From Octopus vulgaris (lineage: Eukaryota): DNA of 64,000 nucleotides. A program made the translations under genes and the position numbers. The stretch spans positions 113,646,001-113,710,000 of the forward strand of contig OX597814.1 in the NCBI GenBank assembly GCA_951406725.2. The letters are read 5' to 3'. The notes under the pieces are model-generated. The model saw only the letters and a program-made list of their open reading frames with translations. It searched no databases and was not told the origin of the DNA. This document shows positions 12,731 to 27,679 of the stretch, piece by piece; position 1 is the first letter of the stretch, and every line of letters starts with the position of its first letter.

Positions 12731-13651
12731 ATGGCTACCTAATAATTATCACGTATATTTACACATAAATTCCTCTATTTACATAATATCGAGGTCTCTT
12801 TCATTCTTTTGTTGTCTTACCATTTCTGTCAATATATAATATATATACATACACAAAATGCATCGCACCTGTATTTCAAAGGATCAGCCTCGTCACAGTC
12901 TGTGTCACTCTGAATCTCCCTGAGAACTACGTTAAGGGTACGCGTGTCTGGAGTGCTCAGTGATGCACGTTAATTTCACGAGCAGGCTGTTCCGTTGATC
13001 GGAGCCCTCGTCGTAACCGATGGAGTACCTAAAGATAACCTGAAAATCTAGGACAATCACCGCAATACACCTTTGAAAAAGTTTTGATTGGAGAAATATT
13101 TAATTTGGAGCAATTATGTAAATTAGTCACATGATTTGCCAAAAGGTACACGTTTCCAGAAAATATAAAAAGTAGGTAAGATTAAAATTTTAAGTTCCAT
13201 ATCAGTTTATTTATTTAATTATGATCCTTTTTATGATCACATTTTTATATAGCTCAACCTGGACCAAATGGCCTAGCAGTTAGGGGTGATGTACTCACGA
13301 TCGCAAGACCATGGTCTCGATTTCGATACTGGGCGGTGCATTGTATTTCTCAGCAATAGACTTTATTTCCCGTTGCTCTCATGCACTCGGCTGTGAATGA
13401 GTAACCCTGCAACGAAAGCTACCGTCCCGTTCCAAGGTAATATTGTGATCTCGGTTACTTATGCCCCATTAGGAACCAGGTTACGGGTCCTATGACTCCT
13501 TAGGACTTAAGACTGTACTGGCTTTACTTTACAGTCTTAACTATCTTTTAGAAGACTTGGATGCAATAATTCCAAGTACAACAGCATTTCTGGACCATCT
13601 GAACATTGTCCGGCACATTTTAAAGTAATTTATCTAAAAACTTGCATTTCG

Positions 13652-13765
13652 TTGGTCAAGTTGATGTAGACGCATTTTTTTTTTTGGATTGGTCAAGTTG
13701 ATGTAGATGCGTTTTGTTGGATTGGTCAAGTTGATGCAGACGCATTTTGTTGGATTGGTCAAGAT
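13652..13765 (+). repeat. ~33-38 bp minisatellite, about 4 copies
   Basis: TTGGATTGGTCAAGTTGATGTAGACGCATTTTG units. Confidence 0.85.
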
Positions 13766-14663
13766 TGTGAAGATGGAAAGGATTAAGGAACGGAAGGAGA
13801 AGTTTATGGAATATAACAGAAGACATTACAAGTGGGAGAAAGTCAACTTTCTTAGCTGATCACATTCTTAGTTATTATAAGACAGTTTTGTCTTGTTACT
13901 TAGATTAATTTCACAGGGAATAGAATGAAAATAGTTCAGCTGGAGTTTAGTTGGTACTTTACCTGCTCATTTTTACTCTTAAACGTCTTCCCCTTTCAAA
14001 TTTCCTACTCTACTCGCTACTACCATCACCACCATGGGCCAATGCCCAAATTCTTCACTTCTATTCTGCTTTCTTTTTTTTGATTGAAAACATCGTTCAA
14101 GTTAGACGTTTTGTGACTCTGTCCTTTTCTCCTGGTATACAAGGGATTAATCTCGACTTTGTTCTATGTCTTCACACTACTAATCGGCGAATATTGCTTT
14201 CTCCGTATCTTGTCGAAAGGCTACCACGTGTGTGTGTGTGTGTGTTGCGGTGGTGGAACCAGAGGTGCAGTGTCCTAGTATTTGAAGAAATTGAACTTAA
14301 AATACGCAGAAACCCTGATGAATCTAGTCTCTATGGCTGACGAGGGGATTTCCGTATTTATTTGTCCTTTGTACTTTTCCGTTAATCGTTTCTGTTTCAT
14401 TTAAAATTTTATATAATATATATATACGCATACATTACTTATAACATTATGTGTTAGTGCATTTAATTATAAAATAGTAAAATGATCACACACACATGCG
14501 CTTGTGTGTGTGTTCGTGTATGTTAATTTACTCTAGTACGATGCACCAGAATTATTCTGCTTTTGCTGAAAAGTGAAAGGAAAAAACATTTCAAATTTTC
14601 GAGTCAAAATTGTAACTTCACTGGTCGTTCGTTTAAACACATTTCATGTTATTAGTTCCCCAT

Positions 14664-14714
<51 letters not shown>

Positions 14715-14777
14715 TATGTATATATATATATCTGCATGTATGTATATGTATGTATGTATATGTATATATATGTATAT

Positions 14778-14860
<83 letters not shown>

Positions 14861-15887
14861 TATATCTGTTTATGTTACACTTACCTTCTTTTTTCTTTTA
14901 CAAACATACAAGAGTTTATTACCAGCTAACCACCCGTTAACCGTTCGTCACCCACCCGCTAACCATCACAAAGAGAGCGGGAGGAAAGATGTTATAAGCG
15001 TTAAACATTACAGACGACGAACGACATCTTGGGAGAAAATCTTGTCGAAGGTTCGACAGAAGGTTAAAATGTCCACGGTGGGGACAGGTGGGGGATTCAT
15101 TGAGTTGTTATCGAGGGAGTTACAAGCTCTATAATAGAGCGGATTTTATGACGATTGTCTATAAACAGTACCGCAATCCCTGGGAAGATATGAAGGGCTG
15201 TTGGCGTTGGGGTTGCCCTCTCTCGTTCTGTCTCCCTTTCTCTTTTAGGACCCCTTTGTTTTATACATATATCTTGTGAAATAAAATCCCCCACCTTTTC
15301 GTTGTTGTTTCTTTGTGCGATTATGGCGGCGGTGGCGGTGAAGGTATTAATAATACTAATAAAGTCCCCATTTTTTTTTTGCTCTCTTTTCTTTTCCTCC
15401 ATCTTCATAAGACAATTCGGTTATCTTTGTTATCTTCGTCGGACTGTTTGTTTGAAATAAATGTAAACAATTCTAGCCTGCGTTTGGTAAAACCCAAGCA
15501 CCCCTCCCAAATTCCTTACATTTGTGGCCATGCACGTGTATCTATGATAGGTAGGGGTATGTGCGTAAATATACACATGTACGTGTATATATGAAGATGT
15601 TGGGGTGTTTTTTTTTCGTGTGTGTGTATGTGTATATATTTGTTGTATATACGTGAGAATTCTATTTCTTTTTGAGCAACAGATTTCTAAAAATAAAACA
15701 TAAAAAATCACAAAAACAAAAAATCGCTCCCCAAAATAACAGCGAGATATCTTTTGACAGCAAACGATTTAAGTAGTGAAGGAGGAGAGAGCGCGTTGGT
15801 AACGGCCCTCGTGGCTTCTTGACGCCACTCGCACATCCAGCCTCTCGCTTACATTGACTCTCTTTCTGTGTTACCTGATGTGTCATA

Positions 15888-15922
<35 letters not shown>

Positions 15923-16339
15923 CTCATACATACATACATACATACATACATACATACACATACACATATACATACACATATACTTATATATATATATATA
16001 TATATAGGTAAACAGTAAAAATAATTAGACATGGACAAGAACATGAAACACCACAGAGACGACACAAGAACCACAGGACGGGACATTCGAAGCCCTCAGT
16101 CATCAGTCAAGAACCAGATCATCTTAGCAATTTCGGCTGATATATATATATATATATATATAAACATATATATATTTATGTTTAATTATGTGTGCGTATG
16201 TACACACACACACACACACACACACACATCAGTGCAAATAGGAGAGGTAGAACTCGAAATATGAGATATAATTTGGTTAATGCCAACGCACGAAACTCTC
16301 ACTTTGTTACTTCTGCTAAAAATTTATGACCGCGTGTAT

Positions 16340-16535
16340 ACCGTTGGCGATTTTTTTCACCCCGTCTTCCCTTCTTTGGATCTTTCCTTTTCCTATGTTT
16401 CTGACGAAGAGCTCCGCTCGAAGCGTTAACCCCTCCTTCTTTCCTTCTTTCCTGAGTGTCCAATAATACTATACTTGTTCCACGTCCTCGCGTTGTTGTG
16501 CTTTCTCTTTGTGTTTTCATATTTGGATTAACTAT
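16340..16535 (+). mobile_element. Penelope-like pLTR fragment with minimal hammerhead (16397-16430)
   Basis: GTTT-CTGACGA-A-GAGC-TCC-GCTC-GAAG-CGTT-AAC (GAAA changed to GAAG), followed by a pyrimidine-rich tail running into (TA)n. Confidence 0.6.
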
Positions 16536-16540
16536 ATATA

Positions 16541-16571
<31 letters not shown>

Positions 16572-16657
16572 ATATTAGGGAATAAATCCAAATTTACAGG
16601 GAAAAATCAGATTTAGGATTGAATCCAATTTTATAGTAAAATATTATATTATATTAA

Positions 16658-17127
<470 letters not shown>

Positions 17128-17808
17128 TATATATATATATATATATATATGTTTATTTATTTATTTATTAAACGCACACACACACACTCTCACACACTCA
17201 CACACACATGACTGTAGAGGAATGGTTTATGCGAACCTAGCAGATTCCTACCCAAAGAATGTGCCAGCAAGGTAAGAGTTAGCAGCAAGCTCAACGTAGA
17301 ATTTCGTAGATGAGGTGTTCAACAAGGCTCGGTTTTCACTCCGCCCCTAAACAGGTTTTAATGCGAGGATTTAGATGAAGCTGTCCGTAGAAACAACCCG
17401 TATATGGCAATAATAAAGACCTCGTAGAGGAATCTCTCGAAGAAATCTTAAACCGAAATGCAAAACTAAAAGTGAAGGCTTATTTTTTTTTATTCATTTA
17501 TTCCTTTATTTGTTTCAGTCATTTTGACTGCGGCCATGCTGGAGCACCACCTTTAGTCGAACAAATCGACCCCCGCCCACGGGACGGACTTATTCTTTGT
17601 AAACTTAGTACTTATTCTATCAAGTCTCTTTTGCCGAACCGCTAGATTATACATATTTAGAGAGTTTTTGAAGTGATGTACAGATATTGTATATTGAAAA
17701 TAACAAGGTAATCAGAATGTCGGACGATTATATATATTTTTATTTACAGTTTCAGCGCTTTTTTCCCGTTATGGATTTATCAAAAAAGTGCACACACACA
17801 CACACATG

Positions 17809-17879
<71 letters not shown>

Positions 17880-18087
17880 GTCTGCCTGTCTTACTACCTA
17901 CCTGTCTGTCTGTCTTTCTATCTGTCTGCCTGCCTGTCTGTCGGTCTACCTGCCTGGCTATCTCCCTACCTACCTACCTGCATATCTACGTATCTACCTA
18001 CTTACCTACCCACCTACCTACCTACCTACCTACCTACCTACCTATCTATCTATCTGTCTGTCTGTCTATCTATCTATCAACGCACAG

Positions 18088-18130
<43 letters not shown>

Positions 18131-18578
18131 CGCTAAAACCTATGCCAGTATTATATCGGTTTCAAATTTTCGCTCAAATCCAGCAATTCTGGATGATGGG
18201 AGTTAGTCGATTACATCCCCCCCCCCCCAAGTACTCAGCTAGTACTTATTTTGTCGACCCCGAAAGGATGAAAGGCAGAGTGAACCTCCGCGGAATTTAT
18301 TAGAACTTGAAACGTAAAGATGGTCAATTTGACTCTAAGCATTTTCCCCGGCGTGCTAAAGATACCGTCAGCTTGCCACCTTAAATACCAGTAATATATT
18401 GAGATCAATTCCTAATCTATGTTAAGAATAGGAGTAAGGTGGAAGACAGACTGGCTGCAGCGCCGCACTAATATGCCTTAAAACATTTATTGTTTTTTCA
18501 ATTAAATTCCAGAGTTCAAATCCCTCTGTACAACTTTGTAATTCTTCCTCTCTACGGATGTTTTATCTTTATGAAATA

Positions 18579-18831
18579 CAGTAATCCCTCGATTATCGCG
18601 AATGTTACGTTCCAAACTCCCCACCCCCCGCGATAGGTGAAAATCCGCGAAGTAGAAACACTACTGTACTGTATATTTTTATTATTATTATTTTCATAAT
18701 TTGTTTGTATTTATATTATCATAATTTATTTTATTATGTATATATTTTATTATTATTTATTTTATTATAAATTCCACGGAGGAATCGACGTAAGCTTAAA
18801 TATTAAACCGCGATATCGAGAGGGATTATTG
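18579..18831. mobile_element. Tigger/pogo-like MITE; ~90-bp deleted copy at 19386-19474
   Basis: TA|CAGTAATCCCTCG ... GAGGGATTA(C/T)TG terminal inverted repeats. Confidence 0.75.
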
Positions 18832-18960
18832 TGGGCTGAAACAAACAAAAAAAAAAGAATAAAAGATCACACATACACACACACACATATATAACTAATA
18901 CACCTGCTTGTTGTTCATACACAGTTTTCGTCTTTTGTTTTTCTGTAAATTTCAACTATA

Positions 18961-19007
<47 letters not shown>

Positions 19008-19992
19008 CATACATACATACATACATACATACATACACACACACATACACATACACGTGGAGGCGCAATGGCCCAGTGGTTAGGGGAGCGGATTCGCGGT
19101 CGTAGGATCGCGGTTTCGATTTCCAGACCGGGCGATGTGAGTGTTTATTGAGTGAAAACACCTAAAGCTCCACGAGGCTCCGGCAGGGGATCGTGGCGAT
19201 CCCTGCTGCACTCTTTCGCCACAACTTTCTCTCACTGTTTCTTCTGTTGGCCTGCTCGCTTAGTCAGCAGGGTGGCCTCATTTGAAGGCTAAACGAATGC
19301 GAAGCGCATTGTGACCAGCGATGTGTAGCAACATCTGATAACCTGGTCGGTCACGGTGATATACATATACACATGCACACACACAGAGTAATCCCTCGAC
19401 TATTGCGGGTGTTACGTGCCAAAATTCCCAAAATCCCCGCAATAGGAGAACCGCGATATGGTGAGGGATTACTGTAAATACTATTAATTGTTTAATAAAG
19501 GCGGTGAGCTGGCTGAGTCGTTAGCACGTCGGGTAAAATGTCTCGCAGCATTTCGTTCGTCTTTACGTTCTGAGTTAAAAATCCGCAAAGGTCGACTTTA
19601 TCGTTCATCTTTTCAATGTTGATAAACTAAATACCAGTGAAGCACATACATATACAGGTACGTACGTCATCATCGTCATCATCATCAGCACCGCCATGAC
19701 AGCCAATCATTTTATTAAATTGACGTCAAGGGAGGTAGATAACCGCCACAACAGCATCTTTTGATTTCGTACTCCAAAACAACATCATTTGGTTACGCTT
19801 TTTATTTGGTTACTGTTTCTTCTTCTTCTTCCCTCCTCTTCCTACTCATGCTTCCACCCCACCCCCCAATATTTTCTTCTTCTCTCAGATTCAGTGCATT
19901 CCTTGCTTTATTGGTTGTCATATTTCTGGTTTCTTAATTATCGTAAATACCAACAACAACTGACGGTGAAGGTTTTGATACTGATTACTACA

Positions 19993-20089
<97 letters not shown>

Positions 20090-20611
20090 TGGCGAGCTGA
20101 CAATCGTTAGCACTACAAGCAGTATGCTTAGACGTATTCGCTCGTTACTAATTACTTCCGTGTTCAAATTCTGTTGAGGACGTCCTTGCTTTTCATCCTT
20201 TCGAGGTCGATAAATTAAGTACCAGTGAAACACTGAAGTCGGTGTAATCCCCTAAAATTTCAGGCTTAATTGATTAATAAAAACAGAAGAGGGGTCATGT
20301 ACTCAACTTGATTAGCTTACAGCTGTTTCTGCTGTGAGAAGCAGTGCTCTCAGAGCCGAGTCAGTGTGCAACAGCTTAAAGTTTCTTCGGAGCCATCAAA
20401 ATATTAGTGATAGCACTCTCTCTATTTATCCTCGTCTTTCTGTTTATATTTTACCTTCTCACTTGCACACACATCCACGCAATCTACTTAGCAACACATA
20501 CTCACCCACTTGTGTAGTCGTGCATTCCTCTGTGCAATTTTACATGTATCAATGTGTGTGCGTGTGTGTGAATATTTACGCGTGCGTGCGCACACACAAA
20601 CACACGTTCGA

Positions 20612-20887
20612 ATTCGTAGCCACTTCGACATGGCTGTCTATTCGAACAGACTCTACTGCGAATTTTTAACCCCAAGAGGACATCTCCTTTAGCTGGTTAA
20701 CGATGCAGAGCTGCATCCGATAAATTGCAAGCAGGGGAGCGAACCCCTTCCACCTTCTAGCAAGTAGACCAGTCCTGGTTTCGTGCAGCTCTGTATCGTT
20801 AACCAGCTGGAGGAGATGTCCTCTTGGTGTTAAAAAATCGCAATAGAGTTCTTTCGAACGGACAGCCATGTTGAAGTGGCGACGAAT
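20612..20887. mobile_element. Foldback MITE with ~105-bp inverted arms
   Basis: ATTCGTAGCCACTTCGACATGGCTGTC...CAGAGCTGCA and TGCAGCTCTG...GACAGCCATGTTGAAGTGGCGACGAAT. Confidence 0.8.
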
Positions 20888-20959
20888 ATTACTTGTCAGT
20901 ACAACTACTGCGTTGATCTCTTGGAGACATTTTAGAACGAGCCTTTTTGCTTATATATA

Positions 20960-21415
20960 AGTGTGTGTGTGCTTTGTTTCAGGGGTTTCAGCCAGAGGCT
21001 AAGGCCACGCTGGTGCACCGCCTTTACTGCATCCGGGGATTTTTCCAGTATTGCTTCTGGCGAGTTGGACCTTGCCGTTCTTCTTTGTGCCTCCTGCCGC
21101 GATGTGGGTTCATCCGGAATTGCAGATAAAAAACTATCTTGACGTTTTTTGAAGACTTCCATGTTTACACGTGGCAGATCCCTCACGTTCTGTGGTAGGG
21201 CATTAAAAAGTTGTGGTCCCTTGAATCCCAAGGTATAAAAGTATTGAGTTCGTATCTTCAATGGAGAAGATGGGATCTTTGGTACTGTGCAGTGCCGTCC
21301 AGTTTAGGGATTGTTGTAGATTTCAATTCCAATATTTGGAGCCAGACCCTCCATTATTTTCCCCATGTATAGCACAGTATATCTCTCACATCTCCTCTCC
21401 AGGGAGTAGACTCCC
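20960..21415 (-). mobile_element. CR1-group LINE 3' fragment
   Basis: [10 protein letters not shown]... and [19 protein letters not shown]...VFKKRQDSFLSAIPDEP...SNS resemble a CR1 ORF2 C-terminus; (CA)n tail. Confidence 0.75.
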
Positions 21416-21505
21416 AGATATCATATGTATATATATATATATATATATACATATATATATGTATATATATGTATATATATATATGTATATATGTATATAT
21501 ATATG

Positions 21506-21538
<33 letters not shown>

Positions 21539-21923
21539 GTATATATATATGTATATATGTATATATATATATGCATATATGTATATATATATGTATATAT
21601 GTATATATATATGTATATATGTATATATATATGTACATATGTATATATGTATATATATATATGTATATATGTATATATGTATATATATATATGTATGTGT
21701 GTAAGTGTGTTTGTATATGTATGTATGTACATACATATGTATACACATATGTGAATGTATATGTGTATATATGTATGTATTTACATGTATGTACATATGT
21801 ATGTATGTGTGTATGTATATATATATATATATCTATATATATATATACATATACAGATATATATTATATATATATATATATATACATATGTATGTATATG
21901 TATATATATATATATATATATAA

Positions 21924-21954
<31 letters not shown>

Positions 21955-22901
21955 ACACACACGCAGGTATCATATTGCAACGCAATAGGCTAATATCACT
22001 AGTCTGCTGTCAAACCCATTTTCTATCAGACGTTAAACTCTACCACTTGGCGTGTTATGCTTGCTTTTTGCTTAAATTATTTAACAACACGCGCGTGTCC
22101 AAACCTCTTTATACCCCACTTCATTAATCCACTACTCTTCCCCTTTCTCCTTGACTCTCTCTTTCTCTCTTTGTTTCTTTTCTCTCTCTTCTTTTTCTTT
22201 CTGTCATCCATCTCTATATCTTCCATTTCACATATTTACTACGCCACTCTTTCTTTTTATCCATTTACTAAATTTTTTCTTTCTTCCTTTCTTTTCTTCT
22301 GTTTTGGAAAACAAACACAGATACATACAAACATACATATATCACACACACACATACACATACACACACACACACAAACACACGCACACACACGGACCTC
22401 CACACAGTTTCCATCTCCCAATGACACTCACAAGGCATTTCTTGGTCCGGCACTATAGTAGACAACATTTGCCAAAAGTGCTGTGCAGTAGGACCGAACT
22501 CAAAACCACGTGTTTGCTAAACAAGCTTCTTAATCGCACATCCAAATTTATAGATATGTTGTGCAATAGAACGCTGGGTATATACCTTCAAAGTATCTAT
22601 GATACAGTACCTGTTGGGCAACCTTTGAGACAAAATATAAAAGCACACAAAACAGACTATCGGTTCGCTTGGAGTGGCTGCCGCAACAATCACGTGTGCT
22701 CTACATTGTATATTGAGTACTCCAACTTCTTTGTAATAAACACACACACACACCCGTACATACACTTTTATTGCGGTCATGCTGGAGCACCATCTCAAAC
22801 TAATTACTTTAGCCAGTCAACATAGATACTTTGGAATTTCAAAACCTTTCTCTCTCTCTCTGATCCCCCTGTTTGTATATTTGTCTGTCTGTCTGTCTGT
22901 G

Positions 22902-22990
<89 letters not shown>

Positions 22991-22993
<3 letters not shown>

Positions 22994-23190
22994 GGAAAGT
23001 TTAAGAAAATAAGCAAAAGACGAAGGCAGGTGGTGTACAAACAAACAAATGTATTAGTATAGCGCTCAGGAATTGAAAAAGTCTTTTACGTTTCGATCCT
23101 ACGCTCTTCCACAGAAAGATACACAGAAAAAAAAGCAGAGAAACAAGGAGAGAAAAAAATGCGTGTAGTAGCTAACGATCTAAAATGGCG
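22991..23190 (-). mobile_element. Penelope-like pLTR fragment with hammerhead variant (23082-23119); second copy 58912-59080 (motif 59003-59038)
   Basis: Minus strand CTTT-CTGT(G/A)GA-A-GAGC-GTAG-G(A/C)TC-GAAA-CGTA-AAAG; both copies lie in (TA)n. Confidence 0.7.
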
Positions 23191-23324
23191 TCTGTTATAT
23201 ATATATATATCACGTGATCACGTGACCGACCAGTCCATCAGATGTAGTTACACATCGCTGGTCACAATGCGTTCGCATTGTTTTAGCCTTCGAATGACGC
23301 CACCCCGCTGGCTAAGCGAGCAGG

Positions 23325-23375
<51 letters not shown>

Positions 23376-24576
23376 GCGTGTATATGTGTGTGTATAAATA
23401 AGTGTATATGTATTTACATGAGTGTATATATATATATATTCTCAATTTTAGATGTGTGTGTGTGTGTGTGTGTGCTTAAGTATGTATGTATGTTATGCGT
23501 GTATCTGTTTGTAATATATAACTAATTCATCGATTTTATCCAATGGGTTTTTGCTATGATTAGGTAGCATTTTTCTTCTTTCTCTCACTCTCTCTCACTG
23601 TTTCACATACGCTCTCTGATCCTTTTTTTTTTTGTCTACAACGTTTTTGTTTTCCTCGAATTACCTGCCCGCTTTTCCCCTACCACTCCATATTCTCTCC
23701 TTACTTGCTTGTCTGTCTGTCTGTCTCTCTCTGTCTCTCTGTATCTCTCTCGGTCACTCTCTCCTTTTCTCTTTCTTCTGCACTATTCCTCTCTGTAATG
23801 CATACATATCTAAATAACACACACACACATACACACGTGTGTGTGTGTGTGTGTAATTGTATAGTTTATATATATCCAAATACACGCACATGCATACACA
23901 CAAACTCAAACACACATAATCACACACACATCTGTAACTTCAATGTTAACCTTCCCATCCCCCCACACACACACACACAACCGATTTAAAAAATGCTAGA
24001 AGATTCGCAAACTATTGTAGCATTTTGTTCATTAATTCTTGCTATCCACGTCTGAATGTAATCAGATACACACAGACATAGAAAGTTCCTGACACAACAT
24101 CTACTAAACAGACAAGTCTTTGAAATGACATGGCAACTGTGTTGGTGCCATTCTTTAGATATCTTCGACAGATATCTTCAAAATACGAGACATCAACATT
24201 TTTTTGTTGTTCTTGTTTTTTCGCTATTTGTCTTACATATTATTGGTTTCTTGTTTGGATACTAAAAATGTAATCCTGTAACGAATTAAACAAGGATCCA
24301 TCGGAAAAGGAGAGGAAGGAATTCAGAAAGTTGTTGGTGATGAATGATGGTAACTCGTCTATTGGATAGGGCGCTAGTCTACCGTAGAAAAACTCTCCCA
24401 AAAAGTTTCGCATTTTCTTTTCACATAAAAATGACCTGTTCAGCGATTATGAATTTATAACACACGATCAAGAATCGAGCTGGTATTTGAACCAACTCGT
24501 GTTATATGATTACCACAGCCAACACCACCACCACAATCACCATCATCATCATCTTCTTCTTCTTCTTCTTCTTCTT

Positions 24577-24662
<86 letters not shown>

Positions 24663-25628
24663 GGCGGAATCGTTAGCACGTCGGGCAAAATCCTTCGCAG
24701 CATTTCGCCCGTCTTTACGATCTGGGTTCAAATCCAGCCGACTTCGTCTTTCATCCTTTCGGGGTCACTTTGTGGGGGCGTATCTTGGACTAAAGTGCTT
24801 TTTGTTTTTTCTTAAGATGATGGGGATGTTATTGAAAGGGACCCTAGCTGCTGTTTCTAGTAGATTTAATGACCGCATGGAAGCTGTATTCTGTACATGG
24901 TGTTGTCGCTTTAGCCCCAGATGAATCTTTATCAATCTTTATCTATGTTCAAAGGCATTCCAAACGTGATCATCTTGTTTTTAAGGTCATTATAGGCTAC
25001 ATAATCTAATATATCATTTTTACTTAGCATGATCTTGAGGGAGATTTCGCTACTGTTTCTAGCAAATGTTCTTTCGTTCCATGATGCACAGTTGAACCAA
25101 AGAAACTGTACTGTTGCTCTACCCCACATTGAAATAATAATAGTGATAATAATTCTGCTCAAAACCATGAATTTGCTTCTCAGTTGTTTGAACTTAACCA
25201 GTTGAGCATGTCGCTTAGTGGCTGACGATGTGCGCATGTCTAATTACATCGCAGCCATGTGTTGAGAGGAATTCTTTGGGGTTTGAATAATTCACCTCTG
25301 AAAACATGGGTGTTTTGTTCATCATCCTTAAACAAACCTTATTTGAGTGGGATGGGCTACTCTACCTGAAGAAAATTCTAACTGGTCCCCCACCTGCAAG
25401 GTTATGCGCCGGATATGAGATCACCATGTCGCGCACATATGGTTGTGATGCATGTACCTTATGTACCCTTATCAGACGGGTAGTCATGATGGGTATACTG
25501 GGCTTCGTATATTTTACCCCAGTGTCACATTGATGACATGCGCTGCTCTCTCGCTCAATGAAAATAATAATAATTATAATGATAGTAATTGTTGTTGTTG
25601 TTGTTGTTATCATTACAATAATATGATA

Positions 25629-25894
25629 TTATTTTCATTATCATCTTCCTTTAATTCTGTTTCCATTTCTTGCCGAGTGTCTTTCTGACACCTAGGGTAG
25701 AGAAACGAACTGTATACATTGGTAGGCCATTAAAATAAACACACCAGATTGTTCATTTACAAAGTCATATGATAAATCTGGTGTGTTTATTTTAATGGCC
25801 TACCAACGTATACAGTTCGTTTCTCTGCCCTAGGTGTCAGGAAGACACTCGGCAAGAAATGGAAATAGGCTTAAAGGAAGATGATAATGAAAAT
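25629..25894. repeat. ~265-bp palindrome of a retroelement-like 3' end
   Basis: Arms TTTTCATTATCATCTTCCTTTAA...CACACCAGATT and AATCTGGTGTG...TTAAAGGAAGATGATAATGAAAA. Single arms recur at about 41870-41977 and 49272-49316. Confidence 0.85.
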
Positions 25895-26496
25895 AATAAT
25901 AATAATAATAATGATAATAATAATAATAATAACAATATCATCAACAACAACACCCAGAACGAATGAGACTTAAGTTTAGGCAAAAAAAATTCAATATTCC
26001 TTTGTTGTCGCTATATGAGTGATACCCGTATCTAATTCGAAAACACGCTGATAAGTCTGTTCTGGTTTGTATGCCATGGGAAAAGACGTGAGGAAAACGA
26101 ATTTAATTAATCTTACGATGTGTGTTTCTGTGCCTGGACGCATCTGTGTGTTCGCGAATGCGTATGTATTTGTGTAGTAAAAGGCACAAACTAATTTATT
26201 TGAAGCCATTTCAAACAATTTTTCTTCATGTGAGAATGCCTAAAGAGTTTGTCTAGTTTTACGACTTGTATGAAACAAATCATCTTGTAAGAAGAAGGTT
26301 TGGTTCAAATGGCGTAATTGTTTAAAGTCTCAAACGTTAAAAGGTTTCGGTGTAACAACGCCTTCTTCAATTCCCTGTAGAGAGATATCCATATTTTGAG
26401 AGGCTTGTCTTTACATTCCTCGACTTCTTTCTATTAGTTAACCACCAAGAACTGACATTTTCGCACACACAAACACATACACACACATATATACAC

Positions 26497-26537
<41 letters not shown>

Positions 26538-26564
26538 CTCATACACATAAATACATGTATATAC

Positions 26565-26616
<52 letters not shown>

Positions 26617-26841
26617 CTTTACTACCCACAAGGGGCTAAACACAGAGGGGACAAACAAGGACAGACAAAGGGATTAAGTCGACTACATCGACCCCAGTGC
26701 GTAACTGGTACTTAATTTATCGACCCCGAAAGGATGAAAGGCAAAGTCGACCTCGGCGGAATTTGAACTCGGAACGTAACGACAGACGAAATACGGCTAC
26801 GAATTTCGCCCGGCGTGCTAACGTTTCTACCAGCTCGCCGC

Positions 26842-26927
<86 letters not shown>

Positions 26928-26970
26928 TACACATGAGCACACTTCTATATACGTATATATAATATACATT

Positions 26971-27008
<38 letters not shown>

Positions 27009-27123
27009 AATGTATATTACATATACGTATATATATATATATATAATATATTTATATACATACATATATTATATATATTATGTATTTTCCGTGTTTTTCA
27101 TTGCGGTCATTTTTCTGTTCTAG

Positions 27124-27282
27124 ATAATTTTGAATTCAATGCAAAAATACCAGCCTCGTTTTCACGTGATATATGAAGACCCCAAGAAAGACGAAAACAA
27201 ATATCCCGAGACACAGAATTTCAGAGCGTTTATATTTCCTGAGACCAAGTTCATGGCTGTAACTGCCTACCAAAACCATCGG
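27124..27282 (+). CDS. TBX1: T-box transcription factor (Tbx1/org-1 subfamily), internal exon, T-box C-terminal half
   Basis: Polypyrimidine tract plus TAG acceptor (27121-27123) and GTAAG donor at 27283. The 159 nt exon is phase 0/0 and encodes [53 protein letters not shown], matching the T-box LNSM.KYQPR...F.ET.F.AVTAYQN motif; QNHR and RFHV.Y.DP.KD are Tbx1-like. Confidence 0.95.
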
Positions 27283-27679
27283 GTAAGAACCAAAAGACTC
27301 CAAGTTTGCTTTTCGCTGTACGTCTCGGTGGCTGTGGGTTTAATCTACAGCTTGGTTTAATACAATCAGTTGGCTATTGAGTAACTTTAGAAGCGCCAAC
27401 GCTGTTGTGAGCGTTCGAGACAAATTTCTTGGTGGTGATGGTAAATAACTTAATATATTGATGTGATTCTTTCAACAACAGCAACCTGTCGTGTTCTCCA
27501 CCTTTTTCGCCCACCAACCTCAGATACTCTGCAAATGTCAAGGTCACTGTCCTTCTCTGATTACCCATCCATCCATATTCTCCGCCCACTATTTCCCATT
27601 TCCCGGAGGGTCGTTGGGGGTAACTTCCAAATTTACCTCCTCCATCAAAAGTAACCGTCATTTTATTTTCTATTGAAAC

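Noticed and set aside
13652-13765. Possible CRISPR-like array
   Set aside because: Contiguous tandem units without unique spacers, no cas genes, eukaryotic context.
14310-14360. CTGATGA and CTGACGA hammerhead-like core halves
   Set aside because: No correctly placed GAAA or closing stem II.
15745-15777. ISFDSKRFK, vaguely T-box-like
   Set aside because: Ends at an immediate stop, with no extended similarity or suitable splice sites.
27283-27360. ORF extension [10 protein letters not shown] after QNHR
   Set aside because: Intronic read-through past the GTAAG donor at a conserved T-box intron position.
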